From Terriglobia bacterium (GTDB taxonomy: Bacteria > Acidobacteriota > Terriglobia > JAJPHL01 > JAPKYU01), in contig CBDCVK010000010.1 of NCBI GenBank assembly GCA_965223005.1, positions 1,472,001-1,536,000 on the forward strand: a stretch of 64,000 nucleotides of DNA, read 5' to 3'. The notes beneath the pieces are model-generated. The model was not told where the DNA came from, did not search any database, and saw only the letters and a program-made list of their open reading frames with translations. Both the position numbers and the translations under genes were made by a program. Shown here piece after piece: positions 20,556-30,917 of the stretch; position 1 is the stretch's first letter, and each line of letters opens with the position of its first letter.

Positions 20556-20775
20556 CGGGACCTCCTCGTATCGTGCGCGCTGTGGTTGTGTGCGCTGTGG
20601 GTAAGAGAATTATACCCACAGAGGGCGCCACAACACTAAGGCATGATTCACAACCTTCTCCTGGGATCTTCACAGGCCTCGCCAAACGGCACACGGGCCG
20701 CCTCACCCTTCCCTGTTGCGGACTCCCACGTGCTGCCCAGCAGGTTCACGCGGGCGGTTCAGACCGCAAATGGGG

Positions 20776-21705
20776 CTATCCGGCACGGGCATGCGTTGGT
20801 TCAAAAATCCTCCCCACCGCGTCGGCCGCCGCAGCCAACGAGGGTCTCTGCAGCACTTGGACCGCTTTCCCGCGCGGCGCCCACATGTGTGGGTCAGAGT
20901 CTTGGAAGATGGCCACGGTCGGCAAAGCCAGGGCGGCGGCCAGGTGGGTGACACCGGTGTCGTTGCCGATGAACAAGTGGCAGCGGCTGAGAACAGCAGC
21001 CAGGAGCCGCAGGTTGCCGGTGTGCATCCGGCGGGCGCCCAGGCCGGGCGCCGAGGTCATCACAGCTTCGACCGCGTCGGCGTCGAGCGGACCTTCGCAT
21101 AACAAGATGTGAGCATCCCATTGCCGTGCGAGGTGTCCGGCGAGCGCGCCGAATCTCTTGGTGCCCCACTGTTTCCGTCGGCTGCTGGCGCCCGGGTGAA
21201 TCACCGCCACAGGCCGACCGCCAGCGCGTAGCTTGGCAAGGTAGTCTTCAGCGAACAACGTGTCCGAGTGGTTCAGAAAAATCTCCGGGTGAGCAGGAAA
21301 ATCACCGATTTCGCCAAACAGCGAGCGAAGCTGGGTACGCCGAAAGTCGCTGAAGTGGAGCCTCTGCTCCGGCGCGGGAAACTGCGGCAAAAAATGGGCG
21401 TGCGGCTGGACCGCGGCAACAGCCGCAACCAGCTCGGGCAGGTTCGCTCCCCGCCAGGAGACCACCAGGTCGAAGGACTCCAGCGCATGGAGGGTGCGGG
21501 CCGGCAGTGGGTAGCTGTCCAGGCCGGTTTCGGCCAGCGGGCGGGCCCGGTCCGCGTACGCCGGGTGTTCCACCAGTGGCACAGTCGCCCGCTCGCACCA
21601 AATTTCCATACCTTCCTCACCGAACCTTTGCCGCAGCCAGCGCAGCGTAGGGAGCGACAGGATCAGGTCACCGATAGCACCTGGTTGGATCGCCAGCATC
21701 TTCAT
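20776..21705 (-). CDS. Glycosyltransferase family 9 (heptosyltransferase-like)
   Basis: PGAIGDLIL, IHPGAS-KQW, FIGNDTGVTHLAAA, WAP. Confidence 0.9.
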   Translation of the reverse strand: MKMLAIQPGAIGDLILSLPTLRWLRQRFGEEGMEIWCERATVPLVEHPAYADRARPLAETGLDSYPLPARTLHALESFDLVVSWRGANLPELVAAVAAVQPHAHFLPQFPAPEQRLHFSDFRRTQLRSLFGEIGDFPAHPEIFLNHSDTLFAEDYLAKLRAGGRPVAVIHPGASSRRKQWGTKRFGALAGHLARQWDAHILLCEGPLDADAVEAVMTSAPGLGARRMHTGNLRLLAAVLSRCHLFIGNDTGVTHLAAALALPTVAIFQDSDPHMWAPRGKAVQVLQRPSLAAAADAVGRIFEPTHARAG

Positions 21706-22538
21706 GCTTGGCGCTTTCGGCTGAGCAGCGTCGCGGCCGCCTCGGCCGCCTCCTTCACCAGGTAGCCCATGCGCGGGTGCTGCGCCTCCAGGTCTACATC
21801 CAGGCCGTATTCCCGAAGGCCGCCGCTGGCGGTGGGGCCGATGGAAGCAATCACCACACGGCGGAACGCCTGTCGAAGCTCATCTGCCAGGCCCTCTTGC
21901 CCGGCCACCTGAAACAGGTGAACCACCTGGACGATATTGGTGAACAGCGCCAGGTCCACCTCGCCGGCGATGATGGCGTTGATGGCGGAGCGCAGCGGCG
22001 CCAGGTCCTGCGGCAAGGTCCAGCGGTAGACCGAAACGCGGGTGACCACGGCGCCTCTGGCTTCCAGTTCGCGCACCAGCTCCGGGTTAGGGACGCCGTA
22101 CTCCTGCACGGCTACCCGGCGTCCTTCCAGGGGCACCTTGTCCCGCCGCCCGTCCAGTTCGGCGAGTATTTCGCGCCACGTGTTGGGCTCGGGAACGGTG
22201 ATGGTGATCGGAACACCCATCTCCCGTAGGACCGCGGTCGGCTTCGGCCCGCGCACGACCACTGCCATGTGCTTCAGGGCAGCCACCAGATCCTGGCGGG
22301 AATAGCGTTTCTCCAGCAACTCGAAGAGCGTCCGTGTGCCCACCCCGGTGAGGAAAATGATCACTTGGTAGCCGCCAGCCAGCAGTTCCTCGCCGAAGGC
22401 CAGCGCCGTGGGGTTTTCCTCAAGGGGGACTTCGCGCAGGGTAGGAGCGGACATCGGACGGCCGCCTTTGGCGGCGATCAAACGGGCCATCTCCTGGGCC
22501 CGGCGACTTTCAAACGAAACCACGCGCAACCCGTTCAT
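21702..22538 (-). CDS. hemD: Uroporphyrinogen-III synthase
   Basis: FESRRAQEM, FLTGVG, RGPKP, VYRWTLP, SIGP; adjacent to hemY. Confidence 0.88.
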   Translation of the reverse strand: MNGLRVVSFESRRAQEMARLIAAKGGRPMSAPTLREVPLEENPTALAFGEELLAGGYQVIIFLTGVGTRTLFELLEKRYSRQDLVAALKHMAVVVRGPKPTAVLREMGVPITITVPEPNTWREILAELDGRRDKVPLEGRRVAVQEYGVPNPELVRELEARGAVVTRVSVYRWTLPQDLAPLRSAINAIIAGEVDLALFTNIVQVVHLFQVAGQEGLADELRQAFRRVVIASIGPTASGGLREYGLDVDLEAQHPRMGYLVKEAAEAAATLLSRKRQA

Positions 22539-22560
22539 CGGCTACCTTCCCTGCCCTGCC

Positions 22561-23991
22561 TCACGATCTAATGTAGCGCAGGCAGGCAGCGGCCGCAGCC
22601 CGTCCGCTGCGAATACAGTCGGAAATACCCACGCCCGACTCCCAGTTCCCGGCCAGAAACAGCCCCGGATGGCGCAGCAATCGCTGCTGGACTGCTGCCA
22701 CCCGCTGCTGGTGCCCGAGAGCATATTGGGGCATGGAGCGAGGCCAGCGGTAGATGCGCACAAACAGCGGCGCTTCGCCCAGCCCGAGAATGCTTTTCAG
22801 TTCTTCCCGCACCAGCGCCGCAACCTGCTCATCGTCCAGTTTCAGGACGGCCTCATCACGGCTGCCGCCCAGGAAACAACGCAGCAGTGCGCGGTCCGGC
22901 GGCACCCGCGTGGGGAACTTGGTGTGGACGAACGTGCAGGCCAGGAGCCGCCGCCCTTCCTCGCGGGGCACCAGGAAACCAAAGCCGGGCGGAAGCTGCT
23001 CGCGGACGTGCGATGGGTAGCCCAGGGCTACCGTTAGGGACGAGGAGTACGGCGTGGCGGCCAACGGAGTGGCCAGTTCCCCATCCAGCCCCCGAATCAG
23101 GCGCGCCGATTCATGACTCGGCAGCGCCAGAACCAGCGCGTCAAAATCCAGGAAGATTCGTCCTTGTGCCACCAGGTTGTAGCTGCGCCGACCGGCCCGC
23201 TCGGTGACCTGAATCGCCGCCACGGGTGTCCGGTAGAGGATTCTGGGCCTGTCTTCCCCGCCCTCCAGTCGCGCCTGGATCGCCTCGACGAACTGCGCCA
23301 GGCCGCTCCGCAGCGTGGAAAACAGCGGCCGTGGCGCGGGCGCGGGTGGCGCCCGGCGGGCGTTCCTGCGCGCTTGGAGCGCGGCGCGAATCAGGCTGCC
23401 GTGCTGTTGCTCCATTCCGACGAAACGCGGCAAGGTGGCCTGCATGCTTAGCTGCGCGGCCTCGCCACCGTAGACACCCGCCAGTAATGGGTCGGCGATG
23501 CGCTCCACCATGGCCTTGCCAAAGTGCCTGGAGACGAAGCTGGCCACTGTCTCCTCTTGAGCGCGGCGGGTTCCATGGAACAGCTCGCGCAGCATCTTTA
23601 GCTTTTGCCCCCACGGGATAAGGGGCGTAGTCACCATGGGCAGCAGCTGCGTCGGGACCAGGAACTGCAGCCCGTCGGGCAGCGGGACGAGCTTCCGACG
23701 GTGCAGGATATAGGTGCGGCGCGCGGAGTCATTTGAGCCAATGACGTCAGCCGCAATCCCCAGTTCCGTCGCCAGCTCGAAAGCCTGTGGTTTTTCGGTG
23801 AGAAACGAATCAGGGCCGGCTTCGACGACGCAGCCCTCGGCGCGGTCGGTGTAAATGACACCCCCCAGCCGCGCGCTCCCCTCGAACAGGTGCTCCTCGA
23901 TCGACTGCCCGGCCGCCCGCGCCATCGCCAGGTCGAAAGTCGCGGCCAGTCCCGAGATGCCGCCGCCCACGACCGCTACCCGGCCGGGCAT
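22561..23991 (-). CDS. hemY: Protoporphyrinogen/coproporphyrinogen oxidase (HemY family)
   Basis: VVGGGISGLAA, RLGG, EAGPDSF, PLLAGVYGG, GFGFLVP, MPQY-LGH, GVGISDCI. Confidence 0.93.
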   Translation of the reverse strand: MPGRVAVVGGGISGLAATFDLAMARAAGQSIEEHLFEGSARLGGVIYTDRAEGCVVEAGPDSFLTEKPQAFELATELGIAADVIGSNDSARRTYILHRRKLVPLPDGLQFLVPTQLLPMVTTPLIPWGQKLKMLRELFHGTRRAQEETVASFVSRHFGKAMVERIADPLLAGVYGGEAAQLSMQATLPRFVGMEQQHGSLIRAALQARRNARRAPPAPAPRPLFSTLRSGLAQFVEAIQARLEGGEDRPRILYRTPVAAIQVTERAGRRSYNLVAQGRIFLDFDALVLALPSHESARLIRGLDGELATPLAATPYSSSLTVALGYPSHVREQLPPGFGFLVPREEGRRLLACTFVHTKFPTRVPPDRALLRCFLGGSRDEAVLKLDDEQVAALVREELKSILGLGEAPLFVRIYRWPRSMPQYALGHQQRVAAVQQRLLRHPGLFLAGNWESGVGISDCIRSGRAAAAACLRYIRS

Positions 23992-24110
23992 CGCTTGTTC
24001 ATTTTTCCGAATCGCGTCCATCTTCGGCAGGGGCTTCGGGCCCTTCGCACGACGGAACGGAAAAGCCGCGCGAACGCTCCAGGAGTAGCGCCTTCCCCCG
24101 CCATTTGGAA

Positions 24111-24380
24111 CTAGTCAGGCAGAATTTCCGCGTCCAAGACCCGGGGCTGGTCGAGATAATGAGGCAAGGCAAACTCAGCCAGGAAGCGCTCCACCCTGAT
24201 GAATGCTCCTCGCCACTCGCCGGGCGGGTGCGGCTGATCGGCCGGGTGGCGGCACGGACCGCTGCTGCCGTACTGGTGACCAAAATCGCTCTCGACAATC
24301 TCGTCGAAGTGTTTGAGGCTTTCCCAGGCTTCATTGCTCACAGTACCACCGAGATCGATCTTTATGCTGATAGTCCGCAA
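24111..24380 (-). CDS. Small hypothetical protein
   Basis: Protein-like ~89-aa ORF (RTISIKIDLGG...CRHP...HYLDQPRVLDAE) co-oriented upstream of hemY; TTG start inferred. Confidence 0.55.
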   Translation of the reverse strand: MRTISIKIDLGGTVSNEAWESLKHFDEIVESDFGHQYGSSGPCRHPADQPHPPGEWRGAFIRVERFLAEFALPHYLDQPRVLDAEILPD

Positions 24381-24425
24381 CTGCAGTGAATCTTTCACAG
24401 CTCCACGTTGCAAGGTGCGAACGGG

Positions 24426-26393
24426 TCAGGGCTGGCAGGGTTGCACGTCGGCGTTGACCGCCAGGGTAGTGAAGGGTGGGCTGCTTACTCCTTCTATGGT
24501 CACTATAATGGGCACGGCCGGCCCCGAGGGAGGATCCTCATTCTCATCCGGAATGCGAATATTGATCTGCCAGGATCCAACAAAGTCGGGCGCGGCTCCG
24601 CTGTATTCGACAGTGACGGGAACACCGCCTAGCGTGACATCCGGAAGCGTGGGCGCCTCCGACAGAGGGCTGGATGGAGCGGGTTCCCCAGTAGCTGGCT
24701 CCGGCGTCAAGGCACCCTGACCGGTGCCAAACAATTGCACCACTGAATCCGGCTCCGCGGGCTTGGCGTTGACCAGGCAGCCATCCACCGAAACCACCGA
24801 GCCATCTTCGTTGAGCGCCGCGGCGGGGCCGAAACCGGTCTGGGCTCCAACGACCGTATCCCCTACCGCGTGGTTATTGGCAAGAAAAGCAGCGAAGGTA
24901 GTTTCCGTGACCGATATGACTTTGACGACTTCGGCGTTGTCTCCTGAGCCAACCAGAAGATATATGCCGGTGTAAATCCCAGCCATGCTCGCTGGCGTTA
25001 TCGTCTCCAATCCCAGAGAAGCCGGCGTATTCAGGGTCGTGCTTACCGTCGTCAATTGCGAGAAAAGCGCAGGACTGGCCACGCCCAGCAAGAGATCCTC
25101 CCGCACCTGACTGCCGCCTGATCTGAAGACAACAAAGGGAACGGTCCGTACTTCGCCGGCCTGAATGTCTTGCGCCAGTTCGGCGGGAATTTGGAAATTA
25201 ATCTGAGTCGGGGAAACGAAAAACAGCGGCGCATTCAGCTCCACGCTGCCTCCTGGGCCAATCACCAGCCCGCCCGTGTCCAGGCGGACTCTGACGCCCC
25301 CCAGCGTGGTGGGCAGGGGAAAGCCGGTGGCGAACTCGGTTTGGCTGGCCAAGTCGGTCCCGAAGCCGGAAACGATCATGCCGGGCGCCAAGGAGCCGCC
25401 TTGGAAGGCAGCCGCGTTGACGATTGTGAAGCTCCCAACCACGGGAATATCTATGAGGGCGACGCTGTTGTTTGAGGGCAGAACCACCGCCGTTTGGCGC
25501 CCCCACTGGTTGGTTGCCGCAGCGGTCGGGCCGGTTAGGCTGCTGAACTGCCCTATCACCTCGTTGGTGGTCAAATCCAGAAGTACCGCCTGATTGGTGG
25601 TGTTACTGGAGATGACAGCCGTATTGGTACGGATGTGGATGGCGACCCCTTGCGGAGACCCGATGGGGAGTTCTTCGATCTCCCCGGTACCCAGCTTCAC
25701 GATGGAAATGCTGTTCCCATTGGCATTGCACACCACCGCCACGTTGGTGACAGGATTGACGGCCACGGCTACCGGGGACGCTCCCAGGGGCAGCGTGCCG
25801 ACGACGCGCGCCTCCACCAGATCCACCAGAATAATGCTGTTCTGTGCCGGGCTGGCCACCACCGCCACGTTAGTGGCGCTGTTGACCGCCACCGCCTGTA
25901 CGGCGCCCGACAGCACCGCGCCTGCCAGCACCGGGACATCGGGTACCGTGCCCACGACGGTGCGCGTGGTCAAGTCAATCAGGGACAAGGAGTCGCTGTT
26001 GGCATTGGACACGACTGCGATATGGGTGCTGCTGTTGATGTCCACGCTAAAGGGCCTGCTCCCGACCGGAACGCGGGCGACAACCTGTAAGGTGACCAGG
26101 TTAATTAGCGTGACCTCGTTGCTTTCCGAATTGGCCACCACGGCCAGGCCTAACCGGTCGTCCACGGCCACCCCAGCCGCTGTGGACACCGACTCTTCTA
26201 CCGTGCGCAACTCCAGAGTTCCCAGGTCCAGCACGTTCACTGAGTTGTTGGCGAAGTTGCTCACGATGAGCTGATTCCCCGACGGGTAAAAAACCACACC
26301 GCGCGGTACCGCACCAACGGGAATCTGCTGCGCCTCTTGCGCAAAAGCCGACACACACACGAGCGCCAGAAAGCAGCAAGCGGAAATCCGCAT
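24426..26393 (-). CDS. Exported YVTN beta-propeller protein with C-terminal TIGR03437 (Soli_cterm)-type domain
   Basis: Signal peptide; repeated VG-P--VAV---T--AVV-N---N-VS blades; VNAAAF...APGMIVSGFG...PLFFVSPTQINFQIP...FGTGQG...YSGAAP..VG.WQINI. Confidence 0.88.
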   Translation of the reverse strand: MRISACCFLALVCVSAFAQEAQQIPVGAVPRGVVFYPSGNQLIVSNFANNSVNVLDLGTLELRTVEESVSTAAGVAVDDRLGLAVVANSESNEVTLINLVTLQVVARVPVGSRPFSVDINSSTHIAVVSNANSDSLSLIDLTTRTVVGTVPDVPVLAGAVLSGAVQAVAVNSATNVAVVASPAQNSIILVDLVEARVVGTLPLGASPVAVAVNPVTNVAVVCNANGNSISIVKLGTGEIEELPIGSPQGVAIHIRTNTAVISSNTTNQAVLLDLTTNEVIGQFSSLTGPTAAATNQWGRQTAVVLPSNNSVALIDIPVVGSFTIVNAAAFQGGSLAPGMIVSGFGTDLASQTEFATGFPLPTTLGGVRVRLDTGGLVIGPGGSVELNAPLFFVSPTQINFQIPAELAQDIQAGEVRTVPFVVFRSGGSQVREDLLLGVASPALFSQLTTVSTTLNTPASLGLETITPASMAGIYTGIYLLVGSGDNAEVVKVISVTETTFAAFLANNHAVGDTVVGAQTGFGPAAALNEDGSVVSVDGCLVNAKPAEPDSVVQLFGTGQGALTPEPATGEPAPSSPLSEAPTLPDVTLGGVPVTVEYSGAAPDFVGSWQINIRIPDENEDPPSGPAVPIIVTIEGVSSPPFTTLAVNADVQPCQP

Positions 26394-26622
26394 AGCAGCT
26401 ATTTTGACGTGTCAAACCAGCGCGGACAAGGAGGAAAAGGGGCCGCGGGTGAATTACTTTGGCACACCGGTTTCGAACGCCCGGCACCAGATGTTCGAAC
26501 CGGTTCTACACTGGTTCGCACACCGTGTTTCCGGCGACTCGCGCCCTCCGGTGAGGGCACCACCCTTCCCCCTTTGCGGATAAGAATCTTTGATGGCTGT
26601 CATCGGAAAGTTCGATTTGCGT

Positions 26623-26637
26623 GGGCACCCTGCTTGT
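26623..26637 (+). promoter_or_regulatory. Possible sigma54 -24/-12 promoter for amtB
   Basis: GGGCAC-CCTGC-TTGT has the correct spacing but the -12 C is replaced by T; ~105 bp upstream of amtB. Confidence 0.3.
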
Positions 26638-26741
26638 GATCAACTTTCGTTCCCGAAAGCGTTGCGGGAGGGAAGGATAATGAAGAAGCGAATCGCAGTT
26701 CTTGTGCTTTGGGCGGAGGGGCGGACAAGAGGGGTGAGAAA

Positions 26742-28118
26742 ATGAAATGTCGTACCGCATTGCGTTTGATTTCCGGTTTGTTCTTGTGTCTGCCGGCGTG
26801 GGCGCAAGCTGGGGAAGCGCAAGCCGCAACCGCAGAACTCAAGGTGTCGGTCGACACCGTTTGGGTCCTAGTTGCCGCCTTTCTGGTCTTTTGGATGAAC
26901 GCTGGATTCGGTTGCGTCGAGGCGGGGTTCTGCCGCGCCAAGAACACAGTCAATATCGTCGGCAAGAATTTTGTCGTCTTCGGGCTTTCCTCTATCGCGT
27001 TTTGGATAGCGGGCTTCGCCATCATGTTCGGCGACGGCAATTCCTTCATGGGCCTCAAGGGGTGGTTCTTGGCTGGTCTCGATAATAGCCCGGCCATCGA
27101 GGCTTATGAGGGCGTCTATAGTTCTATCTCGTGGACCGGTGTCCCGCTGCTGGCGAAGTTTTTCTTCCAACTCGTGTTTGCCGGCACGGCTGCCACGATC
27201 GTCTCCGGCTGCGTTGCCGAGCGGATTCACTACCGAGCCTACATGATTTTCACGCTGGTGCTGGTCGGGGTGTCCTATCCGATTACGGGCCACTGGATTT
27301 GGGGTGCCGGTTGGCTGGCCGATCTGGGCTTCTGGGACTTTGCTGGCTCAACGGTAGTTCATTCGGTCGGCGGTTGGGCCGGCCTGGCCGGTATTCTGCT
27401 GCTGGGCGCAAGAACTGGGAAATACACTGCTGACGGCTCCGTGCGGCCCATCCCAGGCCATAGTATGGCTCTCGCTTTCCTGGGCGGGTTGATCCTCTGG
27501 CTCGGCTGGTTTGGCTTCAACCCCGGCAGTACGATGGCGGCCGATGGCGTATCGATCGCCCACATTGTGGTGACCACCAACATGGCTTGTGCTGCGGGCC
27601 TGTTGGGCGCGACGATGACTGCCTGGTTCTGGCTAGGTAAACCCGATTTCAGTATGACGGTCAACGGCGCCTTAGGGGGCTTGGTAGCGATTACGGCTCC
27701 TTGTGCGTTCGTCGACGTTTGGGCTGCCATCGTGATCGGTCTAATTGCAGGGATTCTTATTGTGCCTGCCGTGCTCAGTTTTGACCGGCTGCGGATTGAC
27801 GACCCTGTGGGAGCCCTCTCGGTCCACTTGGTCAACGGAATCTGGGGAACGCTTTCGATCGGGCTTTTTGCCACTGCGGCAGCTCCCGGAGGCGGTCCCG
27901 ACGGCCTGCTCTATGGCGGAGGATTCGCTTCGCTTTGGGCCCAATTCATTGGAGTTGTCGCGGTTGGCGCATTCACGATAACCCTTTCGCTTTTGGTCTG
28001 GGTCATCATTAAATGGACGTTGGGCCTGCGAGTCAGCCCCGAAGATGAAAGTCGCGGCCTCGATCTGAGCGAAATGGGAATGGAAGCCTATGCCAGCGAC
28101 CCGATGCACCGACGCTGA
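26742..28118 (+). CDS. amtB: Ammonium transporter
   Basis: FQLVFAGTAATIVSG, DFAGSTVVH, WFGFNPGS, NGALGGLVAITA, IDDPVGALSVH; cleavable-looking signal peptide. Confidence 0.97.
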   Translation: MKCRTALRLISGLFLCLPAWAQAGEAQAATAELKVSVDTVWVLVAAFLVFWMNAGFGCVEAGFCRAKNTVNIVGKNFVVFGLSSIAFWIAGFAIMFGDGNSFMGLKGWFLAGLDNSPAIEAYEGVYSSISWTGVPLLAKFFFQLVFAGTAATIVSGCVAERIHYRAYMIFTLVLVGVSYPITGHWIWGAGWLADLGFWDFAGSTVVHSVGGWAGLAGILLLGARTGKYTADGSVRPIPGHSMALAFLGGLILWLGWFGFNPGSTMAADGVSIAHIVVTTNMACAAGLLGATMTAWFWLGKPDFSMTVNGALGGLVAITAPCAFVDVWAAIVIGLIAGILIVPAVLSFDRLRIDDPVGALSVHLVNGIWGTLSIGLFATAAAPGGGPDGLLYGGGFASLWAQFIGVVAVGAFTITLSLLVWVIIKWTLGLRVSPEDESRGLDLSEMGMEAYASDPMHRR

Positions 28119-28250
28119 TGTCCTGGGCCTGCATCAGCGTGCTCCCGTATGGGCTTCAAGGGGTGGTTCTTGGTGGACATTACCCAGTACTGTGAGCAGG
28201 GCTACGTCTTGGAGTAAATCTATGCACCGACCGGCACTCAACCGGGCTAA

Positions 28251-28619
<369 letters not shown>

Positions 28620-28871
28620 CGCTTTTTCGCCATTCTGCGTACATCGTCAAGTTAATAACGCTACTTTTTCCGTCCTGCGCGGAGCGTGTAGTCCTTTGCT
28701 AAATCAAACATTTTTATTTTTGTCCATTTCCAGCGCGGCATAAGTCTATAATTTATATTCATAATAGGAAAAATCGATCACGCCAATCCAAAGAATAATC
28801 TTTATATTTGTGCGCCATTTTTCCTAGACTTGGAAAGTGAAGTGGCATTGTGTGAAGGAAGGAGACCTGGA

Positions 28872-29642
28872 ATGGGGAAGATCTTAAGCTTTGTGGTGAT
28901 TGTACTGTTGGCAGCGCCAGCCGCATGGGCGGGCGAACCAGCGCAGGGCGAACCAACTCAGAGCGAACCCGCACAGGAAGAGAGACCTTGGAGCCTGTCT
29001 TTTGACAGCACGTTCGTAAATAAGTATATCTGGCGCGGCCAAAACCTGAACAACAACGCTTCGTTCCAGCCCGGACTGGCGTTCAGCTACAAGAACCTCA
29101 CGATTTCTACATGGAGTCAAATCTCGCATACGGCGTTCGGCGATAGCGGTGTGGCCGGTAACCACTGGACCGAGCACGACCTGACTGTCGACTACGGCTT
29201 TGCACTTAGCGAGAAGGTTTCTATGAACGCGGGTTGGATTAATTACGCGTTTCCGAACGTGATGGAGGACCGCTACACGAACGAGTTCTACGGCGGCGTC
29301 AGCGTCGACACGCTTTTACAGCCGAGCTTCAGCGTCTACGTTGACCCGCATCTTGGAGACGGCGCCTACTACAACCTCGGCATCGGTCATGGCCTTGACC
29401 TAGGCAAAGGTTACGCTCTCAACTTGTCAGCTGCGGCCGGCCTGAACCAGGGCCAGTGGATCGACATCACGACGGTTTCCGACGTGGTGCTCGGGGTTGG
29501 CCTAGACGTTCCGGTCAGCGATAACGTCACGTTGTCCCCGTTCTGGAACTACATCACGGGCAATGACAGCCTGCGGAGGGGACCGGACGCGTTCTACTTC
29601 AGCGGCCACCTCGCGGGGGTGAATCTGAACATCAGCTACTAA
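28872..29642 (+). CDS. Outer-membrane beta-barrel, TorF/gcw_chp-like putative porin
   Basis: Signal peptide; KYIWRG, SFQPG, EHDLTVDY, GWINYAFP, TNEFYGG; C-terminal aromatic residue (NISY). Confidence 0.75.
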   Translation: MGKILSFVVIVLLAAPAAWAGEPAQGEPTQSEPAQEERPWSLSFDSTFVNKYIWRGQNLNNNASFQPGLAFSYKNLTISTWSQISHTAFGDSGVAGNHWTEHDLTVDYGFALSEKVSMNAGWINYAFPNVMEDRYTNEFYGGVSVDTLLQPSFSVYVDPHLGDGAYYNLGIGHGLDLGKGYALNLSAAAGLNQGQWIDITTVSDVVLGVGLDVPVSDNVTLSPFWNYITGNDSLRRGPDAFYFSGHLAGVNLNISY

Positions 29643-29737
29643 CCCCGGGTTCAATAGTTGAGACTCGGGCATTCCGAAGAGCAGGGACTCCGCCTGCTAG
29701 GAATGCCGTGCCTGACTCAGTTATTAAGTTCCGGGGT
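29642..29737 (+). other. Long nested hairpin immediately after the porin stop codon
   Basis: ACCCCGG/CCGGGGT, AATAGTTGAG/CTCAGTTATT, GGCATTCC/GGAATGCC and AGCAGG/CCTGCT are nested. Confidence 0.55.
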
Positions 29738-30722
29738 GTGATGACCGGTCACCCGTTCCAATAAGCTTCATTGGTGGCTCTTTCCTGCTTCACATATGGC
29801 GCGGAAGCAGCCACAGAAGGCAGTTTTTCCATCTCCCACCTTTTTGGGGACGCTTGGCAGGTCCACCCGAGCAAAAGACGACCTTGGCCGGCCTGAGCTT
29901 CACCTTTTCTTCGCCTCTGTATTCTGCTGCACGGTGGCCGACTGGCGGCGACCGCCGCCGCTTCGTGTAGGCCGCCGGTCTCAAAGCGGCCGACGCAAAC
30001 GAGGCTGCGCGCCCACCCCAAGACAGACTGGGCGCGCATTTACACGTGTGTGTTCCGCCATGCCTCTCCGCTTGATTCCTGCAAGGTGTGTGATAGTGTA
30101 AAGTAAGCTCGGGTTTTTGTGAGCCAATTCCGTTACGGCTTTGAAATGGGGAAAATCCTCGTCATCGACGACGATCCGGTGGTGCTGGCAGTGGCAGTTG
30201 AAAAGCCAATTGTTTTTGAAACGCCTCTGAATCGTGGACGTGGTTTTTGAAAAGGCCAGCAATCTGAGGAAGTTCCAGCTGTTTTAGTTCCTCCGGGTCC
30301 AGCTGCGCCAGGTTGGCAGCCCGCTCGTTCGCCATAGCCTCCATTCTGGACTGCGTCATCTTCATGGATGCCAGAGGCCGGGTGGTGATAGGGACTTATG
30401 GTGCTGAGCTTCCTGGCCTTCGGGGGGGTTCTGGCCTTGTGGATTCACCTCATTCATGGGAACCCGCCATTTGTTCTCAAAAAGACCAGCCCCGGCCGAA
30501 GCCAGCCCCGGAGTTGCAAACCGTTGCTGATCATACGCAGTGTTCATCGGGAAACAAATTACTGGTGCCGGTTGCGCAGGCACGGCAGCGAGCACCTCGG
30601 GCACCCCAACACTGTAGCGGTCTGTTCTGCATGGCAGGGTTTGCCTCTGGAGCACCGGCATTCCACCAACGCCGCGCTGCTTTAGAGCGATGCCCGGGGC
30701 GCGACGGCCCGTCCTCGGCTAT

Positions 30723-30917
30723 TCATCTTGTCCAGGAGCGGACGACGCGCGCAAGCAGCAGTGCACCAAAGGCAAGTGCGGCCAGTAGGGCGGGCGAGAC
30801 GGCCGCCAGCACCAGCAGGTCGCGATCCAGGATCAGCCGATGGGAAACGTGCAGCGAGCTGGCAATCAACAGGACACCCATGGCGAAATAGATTGAGCGT
30901 AACACCTAGGTTGCCAT
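30723..30917 (-). pseudogene. Possible small two-TM membrane protein, in-frame TAG at codon 4
   Basis: ATG GCA ACC TAG GTG TTA CGC...; two hydrophobic stretches downstream. Confidence 0.3.

Noticed and set aside
30906-30908. In-frame TAG read as pyrrolysine or a recoded stop
   Set aside because: TAG ends many normal genes here, there are no pyl genes, and the region is degraded
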